A stretch of 24,000 nucleotides of DNA from NCBI GenBank assembly GCA_019561615.1, contig JAHEQA010000032.1, forward strand, positions 28,708 to 52,707. The letters run 5' to 3'. The translations under genes and the position numbers were made by a program. Below are positions 11,668 to 19,340 of this stretch, piece by piece; the first letter of the stretch is position 1; each line of letters starts with the position of its first letter. This stretch comes from Methanothermococcus sp. SCGC AD-155-E23 (GTDB lineage: Archaea; AGJL01; Methanococci; Methanococcales; Methanococcaceae). The notes under the pieces are model-generated. The model had not been told where the DNA came from and made no database searches. It was given only the letters and a program-made list of their open reading frames with translations.

Positions 11668-12574
11668 CTAGGTGCTAGGAGGATAGATATAAGTTTCTAT
11701 CCCTCTATCACTGAGACCCCTTCCTATCCCGTATCCTAGGGTGTAGGTTAGTTGTGACATGAAGTTAAATATTTCTGGGTACTTAGCAGGTGTATAGTCT
11801 ACAATCACTGGGTTGGATATATTGGCTAACTTCTGGGCCATCTCCAATGCATCCTTCTCAGTTCCTACGTAGTCCACAAGACCTACTTTTTTAGCATCCC
11901 CTCCAGAGTATATCTTACCATCTGCAACCTTCAGGGTTTCCTCCAGGGTCATGTTTCTGTTCTCTGCAACCCATTTCACAAAGTCCATATAGATCTCCTT
12001 TACTATCTTCTCCAAATACTCCCTCTCCTCAGGTGTTAAAGGCCTGTAGGGGCATATCTTTATACTTTCCAGCCTTTATAACAGTTACATTTACTCCAAC
12101 CTTTCTCATAAGTTCGTAGTACTGTATCATATCCAGTCTAACACCAATACTACCTACGATGGCATGCTTCTCTGCCACTATACATGTTGCAGGTGCTATT
12201 GCCATGTAGGCCCCAGATGTACCCATGGTCTCCACGTAGGCCACCACAGGTTTCTTCTCAGCTACCTCTTTCACCTTCCTTGCAAGTTTCTCACTGGCTA
12301 TAACTTCCCCCCCAGGACTGTTCACCCTTAGGATTACAGCTTTAACATTGGGATCTTTCTCCGCCCTATCCAGGGCCTCGATGTAGTCCTCCACACCTAG
12401 GGTCTCAGTGAATAAACCCCTATCCTCGGGATGAAGTACCAGTACACCTTCTATATCTATCTTTGCAATATTACCAGTTGAAACCCCACCTATAGCTAGG
12501 AGTATAGCTGCTCCTATACTGAGTATTAGCACTATTGCTAGTATTACTCCTATTATTATATGTCTTCTACTCAT
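11668..12574 (-). pseudogene. sppA: Signal peptide peptidase SppA (36K type), reading frame broken by a 1-nt frameshift
   Basis: 12029-12574 encodes a TM anchor plus the ClpP/crotonase-like core (VILRVNSPGGEV, MGTSGAYMIA, VIKAGKYKDM). The conserved continuation PYRPLTPEEREYLEKIVKEIY..VGLVD runs in the +1 frame down to 11668. The frames switch at sense-strand CCCC, which is plus-strand GGGG 12049-12052. Confidence 0.85.
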
Positions 12575-12584
12575 CCTCTCACAA

Positions 12585-13207
12585 CTACTCTATTATCTTG
12601 TAGATGCCAGCCTTAGGTTCGTATATATAGCCCTCCTCCAGTAGCTCCTCTAGGACCTTGTCAAGTTCGTACTCGTCTATATTTACTGTCTTCAATAGCT
12701 CCTCGTATTCTATAGATCCTCTCTCCTTTATGACCTTTAAAACCATGTCCTTCTTGGGGGTCCCCTGTATACCTCCTCCATGATCTTTTCACTCTCCTCC
12801 TCCCTATCACCCTGGTAATCCTCAGAGGGTTCCTCACCCTCATCCTCCATATACCTCCTTGTTACCTCGATCTCCAACTCCCTTAACTCCCTCCACTTCT
12901 CCCTATCTTCATTCCTTATCTTGTAGAGCTCAAGGGAGATATAGGGGGAGCCCTCAAATTGACCAACCCTTCCAATTACATCTATAAGGTCCCCCTCCCT
13001 AATATCCTTACCTCTCTTTTCAAAATCCTTTACAACTACACCTCCCTCCAATTCAAAGGTGAGTATAGAGGTCTCGGAAATCCTTCTCACCTCTCCCAGT
13101 ACCCTGACCCTGTGTATTCTCTTTCCCTCTATTATCAAGGTGTTACCTACTACCTTGTTCTCCAGTAACTCCTCAGGTCTAATCTTGTATGCAGTCCATC
13201 TCTTCAT
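12585..13207 (-). pseudogene. OB-fold nucleic-acid-binding protein with a C-terminal winged helix (RPA32/Stn1-like architecture), broken by a 1-nt frameshift
   Basis: 12737-13207 encodes an OB-fold pattern (IHRVRVLGEVRRI, GDLIDVIGRVGQFEG) and an acidic linker. A wH-like C-terminus (KKDMVLKVIKERGSIEYEELLKTVNIDEYELDKVLEELLEEGYIYEPKAGIYKIIE) continues in the -1 frame to the TAG at 12585-12587. The frames switch at sense-strand CCCCC, which is plus-strand GGGGG 12756-12760. The stop lies 10 nt upstream of the sppA start. Confidence 0.7.
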
Positions 13208-13307
13208 AACTTCACCTAGATGGATTATACTTTAACCTTAATTACTGGAGGTATAAAAAAGTAATATCGATATATGCAAATTAATTAATATAACCTATGA
13301 AAAAATA

Positions 13308-13395
13308 TGGTGCAGGGGGGGGGATTTGAACCCCCGAACCCCTATGGGACAGGATCTTAAGTCCTGCGTCTTTGGCCAGGCTCGACAACCCCTGC
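13308..13395 (-). tRNA. tRNA-Leu (anticodon UAA), CCA encoded
   Basis: Folded by hand. Acceptor GCAGGGG/CCCCTGC, anticodon arm CAGGA-CTTAAGA-TCCTG, long variable arm TCCCATAGGGGTTC, T arm GGGGG-TTCAAAT-CCCCC, then ACCA. Confidence 0.9.
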
Positions 13396-13427
13396 AAAAT
13401 AGATCCATCACTAGATATTGCAAACAT

Positions 13428-13444
13428 ATATATAAATTTTTCGG
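13428..13444 (-). promoter_or_regulatory. BRE/TATA promoter of tRNA-Leu
   Basis: The minus strand reads CCGAAAAATTTATATAT. The TATA centre lies about 37 nt upstream of the mature tRNA 5' end. The 17-mer is identical to the one upstream of tRNA-Thr (18016-18032). Confidence 0.7.
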
Positions 13445-13521
13445 TATCAGGGAGAAGATCTTAAAAGATTTTTATGGGGATGGTAACTATAAGAATCTTA
13501 AAACTTTAAAAGGTGATAAAC

Positions 13522-14916
13522 TTGGAGAACTTCTCAGAGTGGTACAGCGAGATACTTGAGAGGGCTGAGATATACGACGTTAGATACCCTATAAAGGGAT
13601 GTGGTGTCTATCTACCCTATGGATTCAAGATCAGGAGATATACCCTGGATATACTAAGGAGACTTTTAGAGGAGAGGGGACATGAGGAGGTTCTCTTTCC
13701 CCTACTTATCCCAGAGGATCTTCTTGCAAAGGAGGGGGAACATATAAAGGGATTTGAGGAGGAGGTATTCTGGGTAACCCATGGAGGGAAAAAACCCCTG
13801 GAGGTAAAATTGGCTCTTAGACCAACCTCTGAAACTGCCATATACTATATGATGAAACTCTGGGTAAAGGTGCACAAGGATCTGCCTATAAAGATCTACC
13901 AGGTTGTAAACACCTTCAGATATGAGACAAAACATACAAGACCCCTTATAAGGTTGAGAGAGATAATGACATTTAAGGAGGCCCATACTGCCCATGCAAC
14001 AAGGGAAGAGGCTGAGAATCAGGTTAAAGAGGCTATAGAGATATATAAGGAGTTTTTCCATGAGTTGGGCATCCCTGTTATGGTATCTAGGAGACCGGAG
14101 TGGGATAAATTTCCAGGTGCCGAGTATACAGTGGCCTTTGACACCATATTTCCTGATGGAAGGGCTATACAGATAGGTACTGTCCATAACTTGGGACAGA
14201 ACTTCTCTAGGACCTTTGACTTAGAGTTTGAAACCCTGGAAGGTGGGAAGGACTACGCCTATCAGACATGTTACGGTATATCAGACAGGGTTATAGCCTC
14301 TATTATAGCTATCCATGGGGATGAAAAGGGTCTCGTCCTACCTCCCAACGTCGCCCCAATCCAGGTGGTTGTAGTACCTCTACTATTCAAGGGGAAGAGG
14401 GAGATGGTGGAGGAGAAGGCAGTGGAGCTCTACAACCTGTTAAAGGATATGGGAGTTAGGGTGGAGATAGACAACAGAGACATCAGGCCAGGTAGAAAGT
14501 TCTACCACTGGGAACTTCGAGGGGTACCAGTTAGAATAGAGGTAGGTCCAAAGGACCTGGAGAATAAGATGGTTACCATCTATAGAAGGGATACTGAAGA
14601 AAAATATCAGGTGAGGGAGGAGGATATTAAGGAGGAGATACTGGATCTCTTTGAGAGGATAAAGGAGAATATGAGGGAGAGGGCTAGGGAGAGGATGGAG
14701 AGACATATCACCACCCTGGATTTCAGTGAGGGCATCTCCCTAGAGGAGATAGTAGAGGAGGTGAGGGAGAAACTTAAAGAGAGGAAGGGTGTAATCCTGA
14801 TACCCTACAGTGAGAGGATATACAGTGAAGACTTCGAGGAGAAGGTGGAGGCCTCTATCCTTGGAGTAACAGAGTATAAGGGGAAAAAGTACGTTGTAGT
14901 TGGGAGGACCTATTAA
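13522..14916 (+). CDS. proS: Prolyl-tRNA synthetase (archaeal type)
   Basis: Nearly collinear with my recollection of M. jannaschii ProRS ([63 protein letters not shown]-terminal GRTY). I prefer the TTG at 13522, which lies 4-5 nt after GGTGAT. The track's GTG at 13513 lies inside that SD. Confidence 0.9.
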   Translation: MENFSEWYSEILERAEIYDVRYPIKGCGVYLPYGFKIRRYTLDILRRLLEERGHEEVLFPLLIPEDLLAKEGEHIKGFEEEVFWVTHGGKKPLEVKLALRPTSETAIYYMMKLWVKVHKDLPIKIYQVVNTFRYETKHTRPLIRLREIMTFKEAHTAHATREEAENQVKEAIEIYKEFFHELGIPVMVSRRPEWDKFPGAEYTVAFDTIFPDGRAIQIGTVHNLGQNFSRTFDLEFETLEGGKDYAYQTCYGISDRVIASIIAIHGDEKGLVLPPNVAPIQVVVVPLLFKGKREMVEEKAVELYNLLKDMGVRVEIDNRDIRPGRKFYHWELRGVPVRIEVGPKDLENKMVTIYRRDTEEKYQVREEDIKEEILDLFERIKENMRERARERMERHITTLDFSEGISLEEIVEEVREKLKERKGVILIPYSERIYSEDFEEKVEASILGVTEYKGKKYVVVGRTY

Positions 14917-15003
14917 CGGTGTATCTATGTTGGAATTATCTCTCAAGGATATCTTCTTAAAATCTTTCTCTTTGGAGAGTTATAAAGTTAGAAAGGTGAT
15001 CCC

Positions 15004-15876
15004 TTGAAGATCAAGCCAGAGTGTGCAACATGTATCGTAAGGCAGGTTGTAGATGCTGCCAGGGAGATATCCAGGGAGGAAGAGGTACAGTTTAAATTGA
15101 TAAGTGCTGCCCTCTCCTGTATAAAGGAGGTTTACGGTCCTAAGGCTGTTCCAGCCTGGATGGGAACTAAGGTACATAGGTTCCTTAAAAGGATAAGTGG
15201 TAACAAGGACCCCTATAGGCGTCTAAAAGAGAGGGCGAATAAATTGGCCATGAGATATCTTAAGAGTATAGAGGAGGATTTAAAAAAGTATGATACTAAA
15301 CCTCCACTGGAGAGGTTGAGATATAAGGTAAAGTTGGCTATAGCTGGAAATGTTATAGACTTTGGACCCTACAGTACAGATGTAGATATAGACAAGAAGT
15401 TTAGAGAAACGTTAGAGAGGGATTTAATAATTGATCACAGTAGTGATTTACTTCAGGATCTAAGGGAGTGTCAGAGGATACTCTACCTCTGTGACAACGC
15501 AGGTGAGATCCTCTTCGACAGGATACTCCTTGAGGAGTTAAAGGGATACTGTGAGGTTGTAGCTGCTGTAAAGGGAGGCCCTATACTAAACGACGCCACC
15601 CTAGAGGATGCCAGATACGTAGGTCTTGACAAGGTGGTGAAGGTTATAACAACAGGTTGTGATGTTATAGGTGTTAAATTTGAAGAGGCCTCTCAGGAGT
15701 TCTTAAAGGAGTTTGAAAGGGCAGATATAGTTATTGCCAAGGGGATGGGTAACTTTGAAAGTTTAACTGAGTACTCCATTGACAAACCTGTCTACTATAT
15801 CTTTAAGGCCAAGTGTCCTCCTGTAGCCAAATTCCTAGGTGTCAAGGTTGGAGACAATATACTTTTAAAATCTTAA
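15004..15876 (+). CDS. DUF89 (ARMT1-like damage-control phosphatase) family protein
   Basis: 290 aa with a TTG start 4 nt after GGTGAT. The N-terminus is KPECATCIVRQ, followed by AIAGNVIDFG, YLCDNAGEILFD, AKGMGNFESL and FKAKCPPVA. Confidence 0.7.
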   Translation: MKIKPECATCIVRQVVDAAREISREEEVQFKLISAALSCIKEVYGPKAVPAWMGTKVHRFLKRISGNKDPYRRLKERANKLAMRYLKSIEEDLKKYDTKPPLERLRYKVKLAIAGNVIDFGPYSTDVDIDKKFRETLERDLIIDHSSDLLQDLRECQRILYLCDNAGEILFDRILLEELKGYCEVVAAVKGGPILNDATLEDARYVGLDKVVKVITTGCDVIGVKFEEASQEFLKEFERADIVIAKGMGNFESLTEYSIDKPVYYIFKAKCPPVAKFLGVKVGDNILLKS

Positions 15877-16763
15877 TCCTTAACTATCATAGTTCCAATA
15901 CCTTCCTCTGTAAATATCTCCAGGAGGATGGAGTGAGGTATCTTACCGCTTATAATATGGACACTCTCTACACCTTTTTTTAGGGCGTTTATACAGGCCT
16001 TAACCTTTGGTATCATACCTCCAGAGATTACACCCTCCCTTATCAACTCCTCTGCCTCGGAAACTGTAAGTTTTTTATAGAGTGTGGAGGGGTCATTTAC
16101 ATCCTCCATAACTCCATCTACATCTGTTATCATTATCAGCTTCTTTGCCCCAATAGCTGCAGCTAGATCCCCTGCAACAACATCTGCATTTAGGTTGAAT
16201 ACCTCACCCTCCTCCCCAATACCTATTGGAGATATTACAGGGATGTACTTCTTCTCCAGTAGTATGTCTATCAATTCAGTGTTTATCTTCTCCACCTCAC
16301 CTACCTTACCTAGATCCACCTCTATCTTCCTGTTATCCTTTATAATATACTCCTTCTTCTTTCTAGCCTTTATTAAATATCCTGATTTCCCAGAGAGACC
16401 TATAGCCTTACCTCCATACTTTCCAAGTTTTGATACAATATCACCGTTAATCTTTCCAACAAGTATCATCTTAACGATCTCCATAGTCTCCTCATCAGTT
16501 ACCCTTAAACCATGTATAAACTCAGGTTTCTTTCCCATCTTTTTCATTGCAGCGTCTATTTCAGGGCCACCTCCATGGACAACAACAGGGTTTAAACCAA
16601 CAAACCTTAGGAGGACTATATCCTGTGCCACCCACTCCTTTGCTTCCTTATTTACCATGGCGTGACCCCCGTACTTTATCACAAACTTCTGATCCTGAAA
16701 TTTACATATGTAGGGTAGTGCCTCTACCAGTACCTCCGCCTTAAGTTTATTATCTATCTCCAT
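15873..16763 (-). CDS. argB: Acetylglutamate kinase
   Basis: Amino-acid kinase motifs are present (FVIKYGGHAM, VVHGGGPEI, NADVVAGDLAAAIGAKKLIMITDVDGV). I prefer the ATG at 16763, 5 nt after GGTGAG. The track's GTG at 16772 lies within that SD. Confidence 0.88.
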   Translation of the reverse strand: MEIDNKLKAEVLVEALPYICKFQDQKFVIKYGGHAMVNKEAKEWVAQDIVLLRFVGLNPVVVHGGGPEIDAAMKKMGKKPEFIHGLRVTDEETMEIVKMILVGKINGDIVSKLGKYGGKAIGLSGKSGYLIKARKKKEYIIKDNRKIEVDLGKVGEVEKINTELIDILLEKKYIPVISPIGIGEEGEVFNLNADVVAGDLAAAIGAKKLIMITDVDGVMEDVNDPSTLYKKLTVSEAEELIREGVISGGMIPKVKACINALKKGVESVHIISGKIPHSILLEIFTEEGIGTMIVKD

Positions 16764-17364
16764 CCCACTCACCTTTAAAACCCTTTATAGGACATAGGTA
16801 CTCACACTCCCTACAGGATATACAGGAGTAGATGTCAACATCTACAATGAGGGACTTTACATAATCCTCTGGAGAGGAGATAGCTCTCATGGGACATAGG
16901 TGGATACAGGTAAGACACATCTTACACCTGTTCTTCTCAATAGATATCCTACCTCCTTTAATACCTATTGCATCTTCAGGGCAACTCCTTATACAGAACC
17001 CACAGTGGTTACACCTATCCCCCAAGATAACAGGGGTTTCAGGCCTAGGTATCTCCTCCTTGATAACAGGGATTGTACATACCAGTAGACAGTACCCACA
17101 TCCTATACATCTCTCCCTATCTACCTTGAACCTGTCTAAGGTTATGGCATCTGTGGGACATACCTCTATACATACCCCACAGTTCTCACAGATAACCTCC
17201 CTAAATTTAAAAAGTCTTATAGCTCCCGTAGGACATACCTTACTACAAAGACCACATACTATACAGTTACTTAGGTCTGGATACTTCTCCTCTCTCCCTT
17301 TTTTAGGTTTTTCCCTTTGAAGGAGATGTTTTAATATTATCCTTAAAATCCCCTTACCTAACAC
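16750..17364 (-). CDS. Polyferredoxin-like protein with six CxxCxxCxxxC(P) [4Fe-4S] motifs
   Basis: The motifs are CIVCGLCSKVCP, CENCGVCIEVCP, CIGCGYCLLVC, CNHCGFCIRSCP, CKMCLTCIHLCP and CISCRECEYLCP. The track ORF start at 17454 runs into tRNA-Asp. I prefer the GTG at 17364, preceded by AGAGGGA and an AT-rich TATA region. The 3' end overlaps the argB start by 14 nt. Confidence 0.75.
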   Translation of the reverse strand: MLGKGILRIILKHLLQREKPKKGREEKYPDLSNCIVCGLCSKVCPTGAIRLFKFREVICENCGVCIEVCPTDAITLDRFKVDRERCIGCGYCLLVCTIPVIKEEIPRPETPVILGDRCNHCGFCIRSCPEDAIGIKGGRISIEKNRCKMCLTCIHLCPMRAISSPEDYVKSLIVDVDIYSCISCRECEYLCPIKGFKGEWDGDR

Positions 17365-17410
17365 AACATCCCTCTGTGTTGAAATATTTAGATATATTAA
17401 TATAAAATAG

Positions 17411-17422
17411 TAAAAAAAATAA
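17411..17422 (-). terminator. Oligo-T terminator of the tRNA/5S operon
   Basis: The minus strand reads TTATTTTTTTTA and begins 3 nt after the tRNA-Asp 3' end. The T8 run corresponds to plus-strand 17412-17419. Confidence 0.6.
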
Positions 17423-17424
17423 GG

Positions 17425-17499
17425 CGCCCTGGTCGGGATTTGAACCCGAGTCACAGGAGTGACAGTCCTGTATGATAGGCCCGGCTACACCACCAGGGC
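17425..17499 (-). tRNA. tRNA-Asp (anticodon GUC), CCA not encoded
   Basis: Acceptor GCCCTGG/CCAGGGC, anticodon arm CAGGA-CTGTCAC-TCCTG, T arm TCGGG-TTCAAAT-CCCGA, discriminator G followed by CCT. Confidence 0.9.
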
Positions 17500-17507
17500 A
17501 GAGAAAA

Positions 17508-17628
17508 GTGGCTGACGGCGTCGCCCCGTTCCCACCCAAGGGCAGTACTTGGGGCATCGCTGGAGGGCTTAATTTCCGAGTTCGGGACGGGATCGGATGT
17601 AGCCCCTCCGCTATGGCCGTCATGCCAC
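17508..17628 (-). rRNA. rrf: 5S ribosomal RNA
   Basis: The minus strand reads GTGGCATGACGGCCATAGCGGAGGGGCTACATCCGATCCCGTCCCGAACTCGGAAATTAAGCCCTCCAGCGATGCC...GCCGTCAGCCAC. Helix I closes as GUGGCAUGACGGC with GCCGUCAGCCAC. The conserved CCGAACTCGGAAnTTAAGC core is present. Confidence 0.9.
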
Positions 17629-17636
17629 AGAGGTAA

Positions 17637-17713
17637 TGGCGGGCCCGAAGGGATTTGAACCCTCGACCACCTGGTTAAAAGCCAGGCGCTCTACCAGGCT
17701 GAGCTACGGGCCC
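17637..17713 (-). tRNA. tRNA-Lys (anticodon UUU), CCA encoded
   Basis: Acceptor GGGCCCG/CGGGCCC, anticodon arm CCTGG-CTTTTAA-CCAGG, T arm GAGGG-TTCAAAT-CCCTT, then GCCA. Confidence 0.9.
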
Positions 17714-17720
17714 TTGAGGA

Positions 17721-17797
17721 TGGTCCGGCGGGCCGGATTTGAACCAGCGACATGCGGATCTACAGTCCGCCGTTCTACCAGGCTGAACTACCGCCGG
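17721..17797 (-). tRNA. tRNA-Tyr (anticodon GUA), CCA encoded
   Basis: Acceptor CCGGCGG/CCGCCGG, anticodon arm GCGGA-CTGTAGA-TCCGC, T arm GCTGG-TTCAAAT-CCGGC, then ACCA. Confidence 0.9.
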
Positions 17798-17813
17798 ACT
17801 TACAATAGGGTGA

Positions 17814-17888
17814 TGGGCCTGCCCAGATTTGAACTGGGGTCTCAGGATCCCAAATCCCAAAGGATAGACCAGGCTACCCCACAGGCCC
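17814..17888 (-). tRNA. tRNA-Pro (anticodon UGG), CCA not encoded
   Basis: Acceptor GGGCCTG/CAGGCCC and T arm CCCAG-TTCAAAT-CTGGG. The anticodon arm TGGGA-TTTGGGA-TCCTG has two G-U pairs and G37. The heptamer TTTGGGA occurs twice in tandem across the 5' stem and loop. The variable loop is 4 nt. Confidence 0.8.
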
Positions 17889-17905
17889 AACCTGATTCTC
17901 CAATA

Positions 17906-17982
17906 TGGAGCCCCGGGGGGGATTTGAACCCCCGACCACCTGATTACAAGTCAGGCGCTCTACCAGGCTGAGCCACCGAGGC
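17906..17982 (-). tRNA. tRNA-Thr (anticodon UGU), CCA encoded
   Basis: Acceptor GCCTCGG/CCGGGGC, anticodon arm CCTGA-CTTGTAA-TCAGG, T arm GGGGG-TTCAAAT-CCCCC, then TCCA. Confidence 0.9.
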
Positions 17983-18015
17983 ATTTTGTTTGCACACAAA
18001 ATAGATATATTTCTC

Positions 18016-18032
18016 ATATATAAATTTTTCGG
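18016..18032 (-). promoter_or_regulatory. BRE/TATA promoter of the Thr-Pro-Tyr-Lys-5S-Asp operon
   Basis: The minus strand reads CCGAAAAATTTATATAT, the same 17-mer as at tRNA-Leu. The TATA centre lies about 38 nt upstream of the tRNA-Thr 5' end. Confidence 0.7.
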
Positions 18033-18042
18033 TTAACCTATT

Positions 18043-18057
18043 GAAAAAATTTATATA
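18043..18057 (+). promoter_or_regulatory. Plus-strand consensus-like BRE/TATA element (GAAAAAATTTATATA), back-to-back with the tRNA promoter
   Basis: It is close to the mirror image of the minus-strand tRNA promoter, with about 10 bp between the two BRE ends. The predicted start near 18080-18085 lies about 80 nt upstream of the DUF169 start codon. Confidence 0.45.
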
Positions 18058-18162
18058 GTAAAGATCACAGTAGTGTAAATAGTTAGCACAACTACAGTAG
18101 TTAAAAAACTATAAAAGTTATTTAAATCAAGTTAAAATTGGGACAACAATTTAGGTGATACT

Positions 18163-18846
18163 TTGGAGATTAAAGGGCTAGGTAAGAAGTTGGAGGAGTT
18201 GCTAGATTTGGAGTACCCTGCAGTTGCTGTAAAACTTGCAAAGTCTAAGGAGGAGATCCCCGAGGGTTATAAGGAGATAGAGGATGAGATAAGGCACTGT
18301 GAGATGGTTCAGCTGGCAAGGAAGGAGGGGAAGAAATTCTATGCCACCTTAGATAAACACGCCTGTAAAGGAGGGGCCTATGCAATAGGGATCCTCCAAG
18401 ATCCACCTGAACCCCTAGCTACAGGTAAGTTGTACCACAAGTTAGGTAACTTTGAAAGTGAGGAGGCTGCAAGGAGAACTGTAGAGGCCATACCCAGGGT
18501 AGAGGAAAAGATATATGCCAGTGTCTATGCACCTCTAAGTGATGCAGACTTTGAACCAGATGCAATACTGGTAATAACAACACCTAAGAAGGTTTTAAGG
18601 CTGGTACAGGCCTTACTCTATAAAGAGGGTGGAAGGTTCCAGGGAGACTTTTCAGGTATTCAGTCCCTATGTGCAGATGCAGTGGCTGCTGTCAAGGTAA
18701 GGGGTAGAGCCAACGCCACACTTGGATGTAACGGATCCAGGAAGTACGCCCGTATAGAGGATGGGGAGATGATATTTGCATTCCCACCTTCTGATTTAGA
18801 GAATATTGTCAAGGCTCTCCAACACTTTAAAGAGATCTGGAATTAA
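18163..18846 (+). CDS. DUF169-family protein
   Basis: 227 aa with a TTG start 4 nt after GGTGAT. Pattern: YPAVAVKL, RHCEMVQLARKEGKKFYAT, HACKGGAYAIGI, PDAILVITTPKKVLRLVQAL, SLCADAV, LGCNGSRKY. Confidence 0.65.
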   Translation: MEIKGLGKKLEELLDLEYPAVAVKLAKSKEEIPEGYKEIEDEIRHCEMVQLARKEGKKFYATLDKHACKGGAYAIGILQDPPEPLATGKLYHKLGNFESEEAARRTVEAIPRVEEKIYASVYAPLSDADFEPDAILVITTPKKVLRLVQALLYKEGGRFQGDFSGIQSLCADAVAAVKVRGRANATLGCNGSRKYARIEDGEMIFAFPPSDLENIVKALQHFKEIWN

Positions 18847-18865
18847 AAATAAGGAGGTAATAAGT

Positions 18866-19117
18866 ATGGTAAAGATAGAGGTATTCACCTCTCCAATGTG
18901 TCCCCACTGCCCCCCTGCAAAGAGAGTTGTTGAGGAAGTAGTTTCAGAGATAGGTGGAGGAGTGGAGGTAGAGTATATAGATGTTATGAAGGAACCTGAG
19001 AGGGCTGCAAAATATGGGATAATGGCAGTACCTACTATAGTGATCAACGGAGAAGTTGCCTTCATTGGTGCTCCTACAAAGGAGGAGTTGAAGGAGAAGT
19101 TAGCCCAGTACCTCTAA
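18866..19117 (+). CDS. Small thioredoxin/glutaredoxin-fold redox protein (CPHC active site)
   Basis: The ATG at 18866 is preceded by a strong AAGGAGGT SD (18851-18858). The 83-aa product reads VKIEVFTSPMCPHCPPAKRVVEEV, YGIMAVPTIVINGE. The track's longer ORF from 18806 overlaps the DUF169 3' end and is rejected. Confidence 0.8.
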   Translation: MVKIEVFTSPMCPHCPPAKRVVEEVVSEIGGGVEVEYIDVMKEPERAAKYGIMAVPTIVINGEVAFIGAPTKEELKEKLAQYL

Positions 19118-19127
19118 TATATTTTTT

Positions 19128-19340
19128 ATGATAGTCATGAAGATAAGGATACTCTGTAAGGATGAAAATGAAGAAAATATTAAAGATAACTCTTTTGTAA
19201 TAAGATGTAGTCTCTGTAGAGGTATAGATACTTTAACCTCCATCAAAGTTATCCTGAAGGATTACCAGGATGAGATAGATGAAATAGTCTATCCCCACTG
19301 TGACCTCTTGAAAAATATGTTAAAAAAGGTTTTACCATGA
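19128..19340 (+). CDS. Small hypothetical Cys-containing protein (67-70 aa)
   Basis: The ORF has a CSLC ... PHC arrangement. Its stop overlaps the next start (ATGA at 19337-19340), which suggests translational coupling. There is no clear SD, and the alternative ATG at 19137 is possible. Confidence 0.45.
   Translation: MIVMKIRILCKDENEENIKDNSFVIRCSLCRGIDTLTSIKVILKDYQDEIDEIVYPHCDLLKNMLKKVLP

Noticed and set aside
13208-13521. Integrated mobile element using tRNA-Leu as an attachment site
   Set aside because: There is no integrase, no partial duplicate of the tRNA 3' half elsewhere in the window, and the flanking genes are conserved housekeeping genes with uniform composition.
13326-13559. 77-aa plus-strand ORF
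   Set aside because: It runs antisense through tRNA-Leu and across the tRNA and proS promoter region. It has no SD and its composition is not protein-like.
16084-16665. 193-aa ORF antisense to argB, with similar long antisense ORFs at 9062-9493, 6666-7040, 4440-4772, 13702-14187, 16889-17320, 2227-2430 and 23693-23899
   Set aside because: Their translations are low-complexity and rich in S, P, L, T, F and I. Each mirrors a purine-rich (GAR/AGG/AAG) sense strand of a well-supported conserved gene. This is a typical shadow-ORF artefact.
17847-17860. Tandem TTTGGGA TTTGGGA in tRNA-Pro as a sign of an intron or duplication artefact
   Set aside because: The gene folds into a normal 75-nt cloverleaf without an intron. 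The first copy forms the 5' strand of the anticodon stem and the second copy is the anticodon loop.
17636-17971. 111-aa plus-strand ORF, and minus-strand ORFs 17354-17623 and 17675-17890
   Set aside because: They lie entirely over the hand-folded tRNA-Lys/Tyr/Pro/Thr, 5S rRNA and tRNA-Asp genes. They are open only because structured-RNA sequence happens to lack stops.
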